Shown here piece after piece: positions 12,378 to 25,782 of a stretch of 64,000 nucleotides of DNA (position 1 is its first letter; each line of letters opens with the position of its first letter). The notes below the pieces were generated by a model. That model did no database searches. It was not told where the DNA came from and saw only the letters and a program-made list of their open reading frames with translations. Made by a program: the position numbers and the translations under genes. Origin of the DNA: Octopus bimaculoides (Eukaryota); assembly GCF_001194135.2 (NCBI RefSeq), contig NC_068990.1, forward strand, positions 87,366,487 to 87,430,486. Reading direction: 5' to 3'.

Positions 12378-13156
12378 CTACGACAGCAGTAATATTGTCA
12401 ACAAAATACCAGGTAAAAAACAATTACGGTACAAAAAGTTGTCAGTGTACACAACAGTTGTATATGTGCGCATTAATATTGTAGTAAAAACAATGGAAGA
12501 AGTACGGGCGTATATAAGTTGGGAGAAAAGAATAAAACTAAAATAAAAAAAGAAAGAATTGTAAAAAAGAAATGAATAAAAAGAAAGTAGCATTTAAATA
12601 TATTTTCTGCAAAGCAAAAGGCATTGAAGAATAGCCTTGGAAAGAATTTGCAGTTATTGTTAAATATTTAAGCATACAGTTAAACCATGTTAGGGCGGTT
12701 TTCCTTTATGCTAGTTCAGGTTTTATTTCAATCTGGGCATTAAACGAAGACAAATGTCTTTGTAGTAGACATATCAGACAAGTTAACGTTAGAACATTTT
12801 TATAAAGGTAAAATATTTGGTGAAGAAAATAATAGTGCCAGATAATAATAGTACCAGCAAGGACTAACACGTACTTTGAAGGACACCTTAACGACTCTTC
12901 TCATACCTACTGCATTATTCGAAGTTTTAACAACTAATTCTTGTCGTCTGAGGATTGCCTACGAGCATTAAACTCTGGCTCGTGAAATATAAATAGTCGA
13001 GTTACACAAGTTTTTTCCAACCTACTGCAAAGTTAACTGTAAGGTTATTTTGTAAGATACGATCTCTAAAACTCAACACCTCCATGTATTTTGAAGGGAA
13101 TCGAATTAAATACGCACAATTAAATCGAGATCTAAGGAAAGGAAATGGAATATATA

Positions 13157-13370
13157 TTCTTTTCTACACTAGGTACAAGGCTTGAAATTTTGGGAGAGGG
13201 GGCCAGTTGATTAGACCGACTCCTGCACGCAGCTGGTACATAATTTATCGACTCCGAAAGGATGAAAGGCAAAGTCGACCTCGGCGGGATTTGAACTCAT
13301 AACGTAAAGACAGACGAAATACCGCTAAGCATTTCGCCCGGCGTGCTAACGTTTCTGCCAGCTCACCGCC
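13157..13370 (-). mobile_element. SINE family A (alternative tail) with TSD
   Basis: Flanked by gaaatggaata(t/g)atatt at 13142-13158 and 13373-13389 (17 bp, 1 mismatch). Confidence 0.9.
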
Positions 13371-14026
13371 TTGAAATGGAATAGATATTAAAAAGTTCTT
13401 CGAATGTTCAACTTGTAACAGATTTCGTCTCTCTAAGTCTGAGATTGTTACACATTGGAGGGTACTTGTACCAAAGCAACCTAATAATAAATCATCGGCA
13501 TCTGAATGAACACGTGACTGCCATTCATGCAATAAATGTATTTCTATTTATGGTCTGAAGCCACAAATGTCTATAGACAATGCCAAATGTCATGATCCTG
13601 CATTGCATTTAACTGNNNNNNNNNNNNNNNNNNNNNNNNNNNNNNNNNNNNNNNNNNNNNNNNNNNNNNNNNNNNNNNNNNNNNNNNNNNNNNNNNNNNN
13701 NNNNNNNNNNNNNNNNNNNNNNNNNNNNNNNNNNNNNNNNNNNNNNNNNNNNNNNNNNNNNNNNNNNNNNNNNNNNNNNNNNNNNNNNNNNNNNNNNNNN
13801 NNNNNNNNNNNNNNNNNNNNNNNNNNNNNNNNNNNNNNNNNNNNNNNNNNNNNNNNNNNNNNNNNNNNNNNNNNNNNNNNNNNNNNNNNNNNNNNNNNNN
13901 NNNNNNNNNNNNNNNNNNNNNNNNNNNNNNNNNNNNNNNNNNNNNNNNNNNNNNNNNNNNNNNNNNNNNNNNNNNNNNNNNNNNNNNNNNNNNNNNNNNN
14001 NNNNNNNNNNNNNNNNNACAAATATG

Positions 14027-14130
14027 TACAAGGGTTGGCTGAAAAGTTCCTGGGTTGACCAGGAAACTTTCATGGAATGTGACCAAATGAGGTTTATTTG
14101 TCATCATGGTCCCTTTTGTGGTCCACACAC
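14027..14130. mobile_element. Mariner-like terminal fragment
   Basis: TA-caagggttggctgaaaagttc TIR-like start, then gtcccttttgtggtccacacacttc. The other end was not found. Confidence 0.55.
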
Positions 14131-14799
14131 TTCTATGCTTTCCATTTCACCTCCCCTTCCCTCTATCTCTGCCTCCTTCTCTTCCCTCCTCCCTCCTCTC
14201 TAATGTTCTTACCACTCAAAGCTGAAAATGTCACAAACAAACAGAAAAACAAATATTTTTTTACATTTTACCAGATTTTCTCTTGCATTAGATTAATTAA
14301 TCTTTTTTCCCCAGTGGTTAATTATCTTCTTCTTCTTCTTCTTCTTCTTCTTCTTCGTCGTCGTCGTCGTCGTCGTCACCGTTGTTGCTGTTGTTAGTGT
14401 GCTCGTTTATTTCTAATTATCTCATTGATTCATAGGCTTGCATTTTTGTTTACTTGTTATTTTTATAATTGTTGTTGTGGCTGTTGCTGTTGCTGTTGCG
14501 TTGCCTAAGGCTATATAGAGGTTATGGTTTAACCATCTGCAACTCGAGTGAGCAACTTATGCCACGTCGATGTCTCGCCATCGACAATACTTCAATTTCT
14601 CTTGAATAGCGGTTCATCGTAGGAGGTACCATGTCAGAGCGTGGATACGATACCCTTTTTTCCTCTTTCTCTTCTGTTCCCTGTTGTTGTTGTTGTTGTT
14701 GTTGCTTATTCTGGTCAGTTCTAAGGCAGCAGACCCTAAGCCCAAAACATTCCAGCTGTAAAAATCTCGCCCGAGATTTTTGTTTCAGGATATAGTGTT

Positions 14800-14862
14800 G
14801 GTTGGCACTCCGTCGGTTACGATGACGAGAGTTTCAGTTGATCCGATCAACGGAACAGCCTG
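14800..14862 (-). mobile_element. SINE family B 3' fragment
   Basis: gttggcactccgtcggttacgatgacgagagtttcagttgatccgatcaacggaacagcc is the reverse complement of the family B tail. Confidence 0.8.
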
Positions 14863-14919
14863 TCTTCGCTCCAGTGTATAAAATGGAAGAACTCCATTTT
14901 ATACACTGCAGCGAAGACA
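14861..14919. repeat. Inverted repeat, 27-bp arms (1 mismatch), 5-nt loop
   Basis: tgtcttcgctccagtgtataaaatgga-agaac-tccattttatacactgcagcgaagaca. Confidence 0.95.
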
Positions 14920-15963
14920 TGTTACAATACAGGTAGAGAAATTTGAAAAGACAACACGAAACCGGTTATTTCTCCAAATACAATGTTTCTATACCCAAAA
15001 TTTTATAACATTTTTCTGACATAACAATTTAAATATATACTTTAACCATGTAACACAAGCCTTCTGTAGTTTTTTAACTCTTGTTTATCTTTTATANNNN
15101 NNNNNNNNNNNNNNNNNNNNNNNNNNNNNNNNNNNNNNNNNNNNNNNNNNNNNNNNNNNNNNNNNNNNNNNNNNNNNNNNNNNNNNNNNNNNNNNNNNNN
15201 NNNNNNNNNNNNNNNNNNNNNNNNNNNNNNNNNNNNNNNNNNNNNNNNNNNNNNNNNNNNNNNNNNNNNNNNNNNNNNNNNNNNNNNNNNNNNNNNNNNN
15301 NNNNNNNNNNNNNNNNNNNNNNNNNNNNNNNNNNNNNNNNNNNNNNNNNNNNNNNNNNNNNNNNNNNNNNNNNNNNNNNNNNNNNNNNNNNNNNNNNNNN
15401 NNNNNNNNNNNNNNNNNNNNNNNNNNNNNNNNNNNNNNNNNNNNNNNNNNNNNNNNNNNNNNNNNNNNNNNNNNNNNNNNNNNNNNNNNNNNNNNNNNNN
15501 NNNNNNNNNNNNNNNNNNNNNNNNNNNNNNNNNNNNNNNNNNNNNNNNNNNNNNNNNNNNNNNNNNNNNNNNNNNNNNNNNNNNNNNNNNNNNNNNNNNN
15601 NNNNNNNNNNNNNNNNNNNNNNNNNNNNNNNNNNNNNNNNNNNNNNNNNNNNNNNNNNNNNNNNNNNNNNNNNNNNNNNNNNNNNNNNNNNNNNNNNNNN
15701 NNNNNNNNNNNNNNNNNNNNNNNNNNNNNNNNNNNNNNNNNNNNNNNNNNNNNNNNNNNNNNNNAGCATGCGCTTGTGTGTAATACGTATCTGATTAATG
15801 AACTAATAACATTTAATTGGGCAATTAAGAATTTCATTTCTCTATTATTTCAGCTGTCGAAAAGGTTTGAAGGTATAAATATATATATACACTTGGCTCT
15901 TTAAACACATACACACATACACACACACACACACGCGCGCGCTCACACACATGCACACACATA

Positions 15964-16000
<37 letters not shown>

Positions 16001-16360
16001 GCGCGCGCTCACACACAAAAGCATACGTAGAAGAAGCTAATATACGGATGCATATTGGAGAATATATAAATAATGCGCGTCGTATATCTTGATATGTGAA
16101 TATGTATGTCTGTATATATCAATATATATGTTTATGTTTGTATGTGTGTATGTATGTATGTGTGTGTGTGTGATAAAGAGGGAGAGAGTGTGTGTGTGTC
16201 TGTGTGTTGGTTTGCGTGTATGTGTATAAATGTATTCATTGTAATTATAAATTCTCAGCATGCATCATTGGCATTGAGTAATTTATTAATTTAAATAGTT
16301 CTCGTTATTCAATTCTGATTTGGTTTAGAAAAATAGTATGTAAGTATGTATGTGTCTATT

Positions 16361-16457
<97 letters not shown>

Positions 16458-17031
16458 TTGCATCTAGATATTTAAGTACACAATCACTTATGTGCACATG
16501 CATAAATGCATATATATAGATATACATAAATAGTTACATGTATATGCATGTATATATATGTGTATTTATATATGTATATATATCTGTGTGTGAATTTATT
16601 TTTGATATATATATATGTGTGTGTGTGCATATATATTTAATATATATACATACAAACACACATATAAACACACGTTTGTACCTATGAATTATGTGTACGT
16701 GCGCATGCGTGAGACGAATGTGGGTGAAAGGGATGCCCTTGCCGGTGCGTTATATTGACCAGTTAAGAGCACAGCATTCCGCTAATGCGCGCTTGGTTTA
16801 AACTAATAGCGTCTGTATCCCAGTGACTCGTTTTGGTTCCTATATAAGAGGAATGCATTACGTATATTTTATAGACAAGTTGAAAAGAAGAAGAATATGG
16901 GTAGGATTTAATTTCAGACATATTAGTATGAACTGTCGGGCGTCTCGCATTCACATCTTGAAATGAAATTCTTACTCAAATAGCATAGTGTTTTTTCTAC
17001 AGCAATCTACCCTTTCACTTTTCTGTCTTCT

Positions 17032-17074
<43 letters not shown>

Positions 17075-18396
17075 ATGTATATGTGAATGTATGTATGTGT
17101 GTGTGTGTGTGTGTGTGAGAGTGTGTGATGAAAAATACCATAAACGTGGCCAAAAAATGGCAAACACTCCGGCAGGAGTTAGCCAAAATTAGTTGGAAAC
17201 AGGTTAGTTTGGTCTGCCCTCGTCATCAGTTGCCAGGGCGCAGAAAAAGGTGGTAAAATGATTCGTTTCTGACCCGATTATGAAACCGGACCATATATAA
17301 ATATATGTATGTATGTATATACCTGCACACCCATTTATATTTGTGCTCATTTGTTCATTTGCTCAGTTACTCATTTGTTTCTATATACTTATATGTATTC
17401 ACACCCTTGTCTATGCAGTTTCCAGCTTTTCCCACTCACAAATCTGTATCACTCATACATGTCTTTGTATTCATCCAATACATTTGAATAAATAGACATA
17501 CTTGAATGTTTACTGGCTGATATCTGCCGATTTTATTTCCTCTCCGTTTTCTTATTTGCCCTATATATACATATACTATATATACACATTTAGCTGCAAT
17601 TTCAACAGGTCGTGTGACACTGTAGATGACACCATCATTGTCCATCACCATTTCGACGGAAATCATCAGCCGATTTTGCCGGATGAAACAATGCTTCTGT
17701 GAAAACAATTTCAACCACGCAAAAATCTTTATAATCTTCCCTTTTATTGTTTTTCACCATAGAAAGTCTAATCCGAACATTTTAAAGAATATGCACTTTT
17801 GCTAAAGTGTTTTAACAACATGACATCCGAAGTATTTTTTAAAAATATATTCTTTAGTATTAAGAGAAGTAACTTTTCAGACTGCCCTTTATCGTGGGCG
17901 AAGATAATGTGGTTAGGTTAATGGGTTTGAGAAGAAACAACGCCAGTGAAAGAGTTCTTTTGGTTAGTAACAACACGGGCAATCTATGCAAGTCATTACG
18001 TTACACATGTGAGACCATTCAATCTATCAGCGTCTTTTCCTTCTGTGTGTCAGTTCTTCGTTTTAATCTATCATTCTCTCTCTTTCGCTCCATTTCGTTT
18101 TCTTACTTTCTGGTTTTTCTTCTCTATCGTTCTGTCCATCTGACCGTCCGTCTACACAAACAATAATGTGTGTGTGTATGTGTGAATGTGTGTGTGCGTG
18201 TATGTGTGTATCAGTGCGTGTCAGTTGGAAAAAGGTTGCTAGTTAATAATTCCTTGGTTTCAGTCAGCTGTTACGTCATACAAGCGCCTGCCTGTAGCAA
18301 CTTAATTTGTTGAAACGTTTTAAGTGGTCGCAGTTGTAAGCTAATAATAACTGACTTGAACTGATTCAAATGTCTCGAAATAGCTTCCTGCTTGAT

Positions 18397-18400
<4 letters not shown>

Positions 18401-18448
<48 letters not shown>

Positions 18449-18725
18449 NNNNNNNNNNNNNNNNNNNNNNNNNNNNNNNNNNNNNNACATGCACACACGC
18501 ACACATGCACACATACACACACACACACACACACACGTCCACATACACACACGCACACATGCACACACACACATACACACACACACACACGTCCACATAC
18601 ACACACGCACACATGCACACACACACACATATGCACACAGACATGCACACACAAACTCATGAAAAATTACAGACGACTTTGTTGGCTTTGTTGCGCTCCA
18701 TGTTTATGATAATGATGATGACGAC

Positions 18726-18778
<53 letters not shown>

Positions 18779-18800
18779 CGATGATGATGATGATTATAGT
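18401..18800. repeat. Compound (CA)n-rich and (GAT)n microsatellites
   Basis: Direct reading. Confidence 0.9.
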
Positions 18801-18834
18801 AATAGCAACAATAACACCAACAACAGTAGCATAG

Positions 18835-19025
18835 TTTTAGCTTTTTATCTTTGACTTGCTTCAGCCATTGGGTTGCGCCCATGCTGGGGCATGCCTTGAA
18901 GTTTTTACTCGAACACATCGATCTCAGTATTTATTTTTTAAGTTTGGTACTTATTCTACCGGTCAATTTTGCCGAACTGTTAAGGTACGGGACGTAAACA
19001 AACCAACATCGGTCGTCAGACTGTA
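18835..19025 (-). mobile_element. Family C repeat, diverged
   Basis: gacttgcttcagccattgggttgcgcccatgctgggg...ggacgtaaacaaaccaacatcgg. Confidence 0.7.
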
Positions 19026-19176
19026 GAGACGCAAGGATAAACCCCACCCACCCAACACGATGGATTTCCACCTGATGTGTTTGGACAGGGAAATCTCACA
19101 ATATTTTACAGGTCGCCGACTCTGCCACTCTCTGCGATCTGTGCTCTTACCACGTCTTGCCTCTCCCTAGACCCCA

Positions 19177-19230
<54 letters not shown>

Positions 19231-19432
19231 GACTGGCAGAATCGTTAGCACTCCGGGCGAAATGCTAGAAGTATTTCGTCTGTCTTTACGTTCTGAGTTT
19301 AAATTCCGTCGAGGTCGACTTCGCTTTTCATCCTTTCGGGGTCGATAATAAGTACCAGTTGAGTACTGGGGTAGATATAATCGACTATTCCCCTCCCCCA
19401 AATTTCAGGACTTGTGCCTATATTAGAAAGGA
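19231..19432 (+). mobile_element. SINE family A inserted within an (ATT)n array
   Basis: Head ctggcagaatcgttagcac, core gtcgacttcgcttttcatcc. ATT repeats lie on both sides. Confidence 0.9.
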
Positions 19433-19811
19433 TGATTATTATTATTATTATTATTATTATTAGTAGAAGTATTTTTTCCCACCGACCTGTCCTTATGTGC
19501 ATAAAATTCTTTCCTAGATATAGCGATATTTTTTTTGTATAGCTCAAGGAATTGATTTTTCGTTTGAGATTTTATTTTAAATAAGGACTTTTATTGAATA
19601 TTTTGGAAATCTATCATTCCCGGAGTAAGACAAAGGGAGAGCCTCAAAAGAATAGTTCAACTTTCCTTTCAACGTATAATTCTAAGTCAGTAATGGATTC
19701 CATTTATACAAAACCGCCTTAGAAGAAATGACATTGAAATTACAAAGCTGCTTTGAAACAGAGAAAAGTTTGAAACAAATATAAACACAGTCAAACTGAA
19801 GATAATAATAA

Positions 19812-20026
19812 TATTTATTCCCCACAGGGAGCTAAACATAGAGGAGACAAACAAGGACAGACAAACGGATTATATCGACCCCAGTGCGTAACTGGTACTT
19901 ATTTAATCGACCCCGAAAGGATGAAAGGCAAAGTCGACCTCGGTGGAATTTGAACTCAGAACGTAACGACAGACGAAATACCGCTAAGCATTTCGCCTGG
20001 CGTGCTAACGTTTCTGCCAGCTCGCC
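19812..20026 (-). mobile_element. SINE family A
   Basis: Near-consensus reverse complement. Confidence 0.9.
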
Positions 20027-20947
20027 ATATTCGAATGAGCTTACATTAAAATAAAGGGTGTGTGTGTGTCTGTCTGTGTGTACGCGTCACAAGGCCAAAA
20101 TTTCGGGCCTTGTGCCTAGAGTAGAAAATAATGTAAGCTCATTCGAAACCCTATAATATTGTTCATGCAAACCTATACACATGCACACGTAAGTACTTTC
20201 GAAATAAACTATTTACTGATATATATTCGGTAATAAGTGTGCGGGAGAAATTAAATAACGCACCATGGAGCTTATTCAAAAGAAGCGTGCGAATTTAATC
20301 TTGCTAAAATACGTACGTACAGCCTCACACATGGTGTACACATATATCACTGTTGATACACACACATACAGACACATACACACATATGTTATGCATATAT
20401 ATGTATGTGTGTGTGTGTGTGTATGGGCGTTTGTGTGTGCATGTATGTAAATGTATAACATTAATATACGTATATAAGTGTCTCTCACTCTCTCTCTTTC
20501 TAGCATCTATATGCATACGTACACACTCACGCGCACACCCATGCACACACATACACACACACACACTCATGCACACACACATATATACATACACCTATGC
20601 ACATATATATTTCTGTGTAGTGTGCTTGCTCGTACGTACAATGTTTTATAATATCCAATATCTTAAATAACTGTCTCAGCTATTTATCCTTATTATCTAA
20701 CTTCAATATTCTTTATTTTAATATTGTATATACTACCGTTATTTTTTTCTTGTTATTTTCACACTGTGAAGAAGTTACATTTGCTCTGAAGCAATTTCCC
20801 TCTAGACTACTTGAGGCGTTCTGTGTAACTTAAGAAAATCATTATTTTATTTATAGCGGCTCTCAGTTTTCTACTAGTTTTATTTTTAATCCTTATACAT
20901 TATCTTTATATACCAAAATTTCGTTTTGTTTAAATTGTAAACAAGCC

Positions 20948-21063
20948 ACATACATACATACATACATACATACATACATACATACATACATACATACATA
21001 AATACATACATACATACATACATACATACATACATACAGACAGACATACATACATACATACAT
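20948..21063. repeat. (ACAT)n microsatellite
   Basis: Direct reading. Confidence 0.95.
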
Positions 21064-21249
21064 TACGAAGTAGTGTACGCTTGTTTTCACGAACGTGGAA
21101 AAAAATACTCAAAAGAAAGATTAGAATATGCATATTTTATTAGAAGCTGAATCATCAAATAATATCAGATTGATACCTGACCTCAGGTTTTATTACTTTA
21201 ATCGATTTGCTGAAAACCATCACTGTACATTCAAAATTGTGTAATCAAC

Positions 21250-23100
21250 CATCAATGAGCCATCAGTGAAGTGGAGTTCATGTTAGTTACATATAGTGGC
21301 GACACTTTTTACTGGAGTTTAGCTTAAATATGTTCAATAATCCAGTATCCACTCTTGTGTGTATAATACACTTCCCCCATCAACTCGCTAAATTCCGTGG
21401 TCAGCCAGAATTGGTGTGAATACTCAGCTCTTCTTTAAACTATCAATAACCAGAAAGGATTTCTCGCTTCCAAAAGAAATCAAGACAGTCATCCTATCGT
21501 AGAAATGCACGACTATCTCCACAAATTTCTCGATAACCCATATCTTTTGAGTAAGGCCTATAAATTTTCTCTTCCTCATTCTTGAAAGATTTCATAAAGT
21601 CAAATGAACTCAACGAGGAAGCTGTTCACGCTATTCCACAGCCTGAATTCGATGCATGATGGAAATCACGTCGTGCTGATTCTAGATAAACAAAATCCAC
21701 ATTGCTTTGCAAAAAGAATTTACACGGATATTTTATTGAAGCTGTTGAAGCAGTGTTTTCGACAGACGTTTTCTGACACTAAAGAGGAGAAAAATTCCTT
21801 GATAATTTCCACTTGAAAAATGATGAATTTACGTGCCTTTTTCAACTGTAGCGAAAGCTTACTACATTGACCACATTCTCCGAAAACCGGAGTTTACAGC
21901 ACAATTTTCCCCACCGTACTTAGAGACTTTCATAGGAATATTGTCAACACCAGGAGTTTTCTTCGGTTTTGTCACATGAATGGTAGCTTCCAGCTCTCCT
22001 TTATTTGGCAGCAAGTTCAAACTGCTATCTTCATGGACCCTACTAAAAATATTCTAAAGCCTTTTCTTGAAGACTGATTTAGCTCATTAAAATGTTTCTG
22101 ATGGTGTTTCATAATATCGCTCATCTGACTGTAAGAGTGTGAGTCATGCTTGCTCTCCGTTGATGCATTACCATTTTTCCGGAGACAGCAAATATCATTG
22201 ACTGGTAAAGGTTTTCGCATTGTTAGAATGAGTAATGACTTGAATTCTGACTGCCTTCTGGTCCCACAACTGGTCCTTCAACAACTGCAATTTCACTTGT
22301 TTAAGCATTCACAACCTTGAATCGGCTGGTAGACTTCAGGTATATTTGGTTCATTGAAAGTAATTTTATATTACTTTCACTTTTTAGATAAAGTTGTGTC
22401 GTTGCATAATTTTTATCAAACCAGTCGGCATGCATGTATTTAGGGGAATGATCGGGACAGAAGTTGTCTTGCATAGTATCAACTGATACATTGATGGGTA
22501 ACATTTCATACTTTCTGGTCATATTCGTATCCAGTTCACATCGCAATCCAAGGTTTTACATTTTGTACATCCAGTTTTTGGAGCAATTCAACCACCTTTT
22601 TACATGTCATACAAACTGCATGTATTCTGTATTGCTATGTTGTTAGTGAAACAGTCAGCACCCCTCATAACATGCGCAAATGTCCGCAGTATTCTCTTGG
22701 CGAGTAAGCATGTGGTTTAACTGATATAGCCATTTCGATCGCATATAGCACCAGCTGTAAACTTTCAGGAAGCCGGGAGGTGTTTGTCACACCCAGATCT
22801 TATTCGGTGCAAAGTTCAAATGGAATTCTTTATTAGAGTTGTTAAATTTTTTCCAGTGTGATCCAGCACATCGTTTCATATTTGCTAATACTTCTCCATT
22901 TTTGCATTAGCAGTTCCAACAAACGCTGATGAGCCCAGGTCTCTACACATTGAATTGTAGAAATCCATCTTCTATTTCGATTTATTTGTCATTTTAGGAA
23001 CATAAAATGTAAAAGCAGTTTCACTTCGATAACCATCCAGGGAAAATCTCAACTTTATTTGTATGCCAGAGATAGCAACAGGAAGCGCATTATTTTTCTT
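21250..23100 (-). mobile_element. RTE/BovB-like LINE internal remnant (part of APE endonuclease + RT), many stops and frameshifts
   Basis: FYVPKMTNK..KMDFYN, WCYMRSKWLYQLNHMLTRQ, MRGADCF, KKTPGVDNIPMKVSKYGGE, NYQGIFLL, FDFMKSF, KFVEIVVHFYDRMT. These are colinear with RTE/BovB ORF motifs. Confidence 0.8.
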
Positions 23101-23278
23101 ATAAGATTATTCATGATAGCTAAGTACACTCAAACCAGCGTGCAGATTTCCGGTCGGCAGCTCTCAGCTTCTCAAGCCAATCAGCTTCGTCATTTCATCA
23201 CCGATCACCCAACTGGTTGGTTTTTGCTTTTCTCCATTCAGAACAGTCAAACATTTAAGATGTTATATCTATCGTGAT

Positions 23279-23352
23279 CTTCCTTCCTTCCTTCCTTCCT
23301 TCCTTCCTTCCTTCCTTCCTTCCTTCCTTCCTTCCTTCCTCCTTTCCTTCCA
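23279..23352. repeat. (TTCC)n microsatellite
   Basis: Direct reading. Confidence 0.95.
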
Positions 23353-23354
23353 TT

Positions 23355-24300
23355 TTAATGGAATTTCATCTATCAGGTTTTTTTTTGCTTTTCCTTTTCC
23401 CTTTTAGGCAATGTTTTCTTCGATGATGTTTGCACGCAGATTTTAATTCCGTTCCATTTCTCTTCTCTTCGTTCTTTATAAGTCTTCTTTTTTTAAATTT
23501 ATTCATTGTGTAAATATTCATACTTGTTTCATATTTTCCAAATTATATTCTTCTGTTTGTATTCTATCTGTTGTAAACGCGTATAAGTTTGTTTTCATCT
23601 TCTAGCTATTTCCATTTCTTCTTGATGTATAATGTTTGATGTATAATTTAATTACCACTGGATGTGGTCTGAAATGAACAGTATGCTCTACAAGTTTCTT
23701 AGCCGTTTGTCTATCAGTATATAGTCTGTCCGATATCTTGTTACGTCATTTGAACTTTTCCTCATGTATAATTGTCTAAATGTCTTGTTATCAGAATAGA
23801 CTGTTACTATCTACTAAGTTGTTTCTTTGACAAAAGGGAATCAAATAGTTACCTCCTATTTTTCTCACCTTACCTACATTGACCTGCTATGTTCTCCGTG
23901 TCATCTCTAACAACCTTTGCGTCAGAATATTCCATTATAATCGTGGTTCCTTTAGTTTTAGTGTATTTAATCACATTTGAATCTTGTTGTCTTCCCTATG
24001 TTCTTGTATATGAGTGTATATCTGTATGATGTTAATACTGACTTTTTTCCCTTTGTACTTTCATATTTTTCACTATCCGAAATTGTTCAACATCCATTTA
24101 GTGGTTTTTCTGAAGAGTTTTTCATTATGATCTCCATTCCTTTTTCATTCCGTTTCCCACCTGAATACAACATTGTGTGATTTTCTTTTAGAATTTTAAC
24201 ATCAACCCATCTAGTTTCCAATATTCCCATTATCTCAAGATTCCGTTTTTTTCCCTTCCTTCCTGATTTTTAATTTTGCTGGCTGATAGAGTCTTCTTGT
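23355..24300 (-). mobile_element. Second RTE-clade LINE remnant (APE endonuclease region)
   Basis: LGILETRWVDV..ENHTMLYSGGKRNEKGMEIIM, INIIQIY, TRYRTDYILIDKRLRN...SDH. Confidence 0.8.
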
Positions 24301-25564
24301 GTTTTAGCGTCAAAATTTATTGATAGATTTCAGAGCATCGCTATACGACAGTAAATCGCATTAGGTTTTAGGTTACAACCATCATAAGAATTCTACTAGT
24401 TCGTTTCTTCTTCCTTGTAGTCAATATCTATCAACTATAGAACGTCCAGCTTCTCTATCTTTTTCTTATCCACTTGTAATGTTATCATATTGTAACAAGT
24501 GGGCTGGAATGTACATATAAAGTTGGATCAGAAATAGTTGATTGAGATCATTGTATGCGTATAAAATAGAATTGCACCCGGGCAATTTTATGTGGTTAAA
24601 TGATTACAAACAGTATGTATAGCATTTGTATTACATTAATATATTGAAATGTTATATTTAAACGTAAATTTAGGTATGTAAGTTCATACAAATGTTATTT
24701 ATTCCAGTAGCCTTTTACTGCGGGTGGGCTCATCTTTAGCTCAATTGGTTAGTGATTGACTATTGTGACCGGACCAGAGATATGTAGCGTATTGGTTAAG
24801 TGGTTACAATAATATTTCAATATGGTTTAAGGTAGGCTCACTTCAGTCTGATATGGGGTTGAGTAAAAGCAACAACAACAACAACAATCAAGAACTAAGA
24901 TAGCCGGGTGGTATTGTCATCTTGGATCGGGAACAAACTCACGTCTTGTGGCAGAAATCAATTAGTCAGTAGTAAACGTTAACATATTCTGATTATTAGT
25001 GAAAAGAAGGACAGGGTCCTTTAGTAAGGATTCTGAATCTGAGGGAAAGACCACAAGGAATTAACTTCACAATGGAAATCCGATCCAAATGCTTTTAACA
25101 ATAGATTCTGCTAAAGGCACCCAAATGCTAGATGATATAATTCACTAGAATGACAGATTAAGTTTTCCTCTGAAGAACTGAAACAATCTCCCCACCCCGA
25201 TGGATTTTCGCACAGTTTCTGTTAAGCAAATTTACCATGAACTAGCGAGGGAGCTTCACTACATTTATTAGAAATAGTGACTGAATTTCTCTCATATAAA
25301 ACACTACAATGTTGAAGGGAGTTTGCTGCATTATATAATGTTGTCAATGATGCGTATAGAGGAAAAGACGAGATGGTCATGGCTTTTGGCCATTGGTTTA
25401 CTAAAAAAAAAAAAGACCTGGATTAAACAACAACAACAACAGCAATGCAATTTTTTCTCAGAGGACGTGTGCTGACCCGAGCTGAGGGTTGTAAGGTGGG
25501 ATTAGATTCGGAATCATGCTGATTGCGAAACGAACATTTTAATCACACAGCCACGCATGCAATG

Positions 25565-25782
25565 TTATTTCTTTACTACCCACAGAGGGGACAAACAAGG
25601 ACAGACAAACGGATTAAGTCGATTATATCGACCCCAGTTCGTAACTGGTACTTATTTAATCGACCCCGAAAGGATGAAATGCAAAGTCGACCTCGGCGGA
25701 ATTTGAACTCAGAACGTACCGGCAGACGAAATACCGCTAAGCATTTCGCCCGGCGTGCTAACGTTTCTGCCAGCTCGCCGCC
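25565..25782 (-). mobile_element. SINE family A with TSD
   Basis: Flanked by ccacgcatgc(a/g)a(t/c)gtta at 25551-25567 and 25785-25801. Confidence 0.9.

Noticed and set aside
13567-15837. Long ORFs made mostly of X (also 31444-33595, 36147-37235, 61154-61708)
   Set aside because: They span assembly gaps.
16690-16990. Unique-looking segment with a TATA-like cctatataag
   Set aside because: TATA-like motifs are ubiquitous in this AT-rich DNA, and there is no downstream gene evidence.
17600-17720. Mariner-like N-terminal motif (FIRQNRLMI) on the minus strand
   Set aside because: There is a single weak motif and no further colinear similarity.
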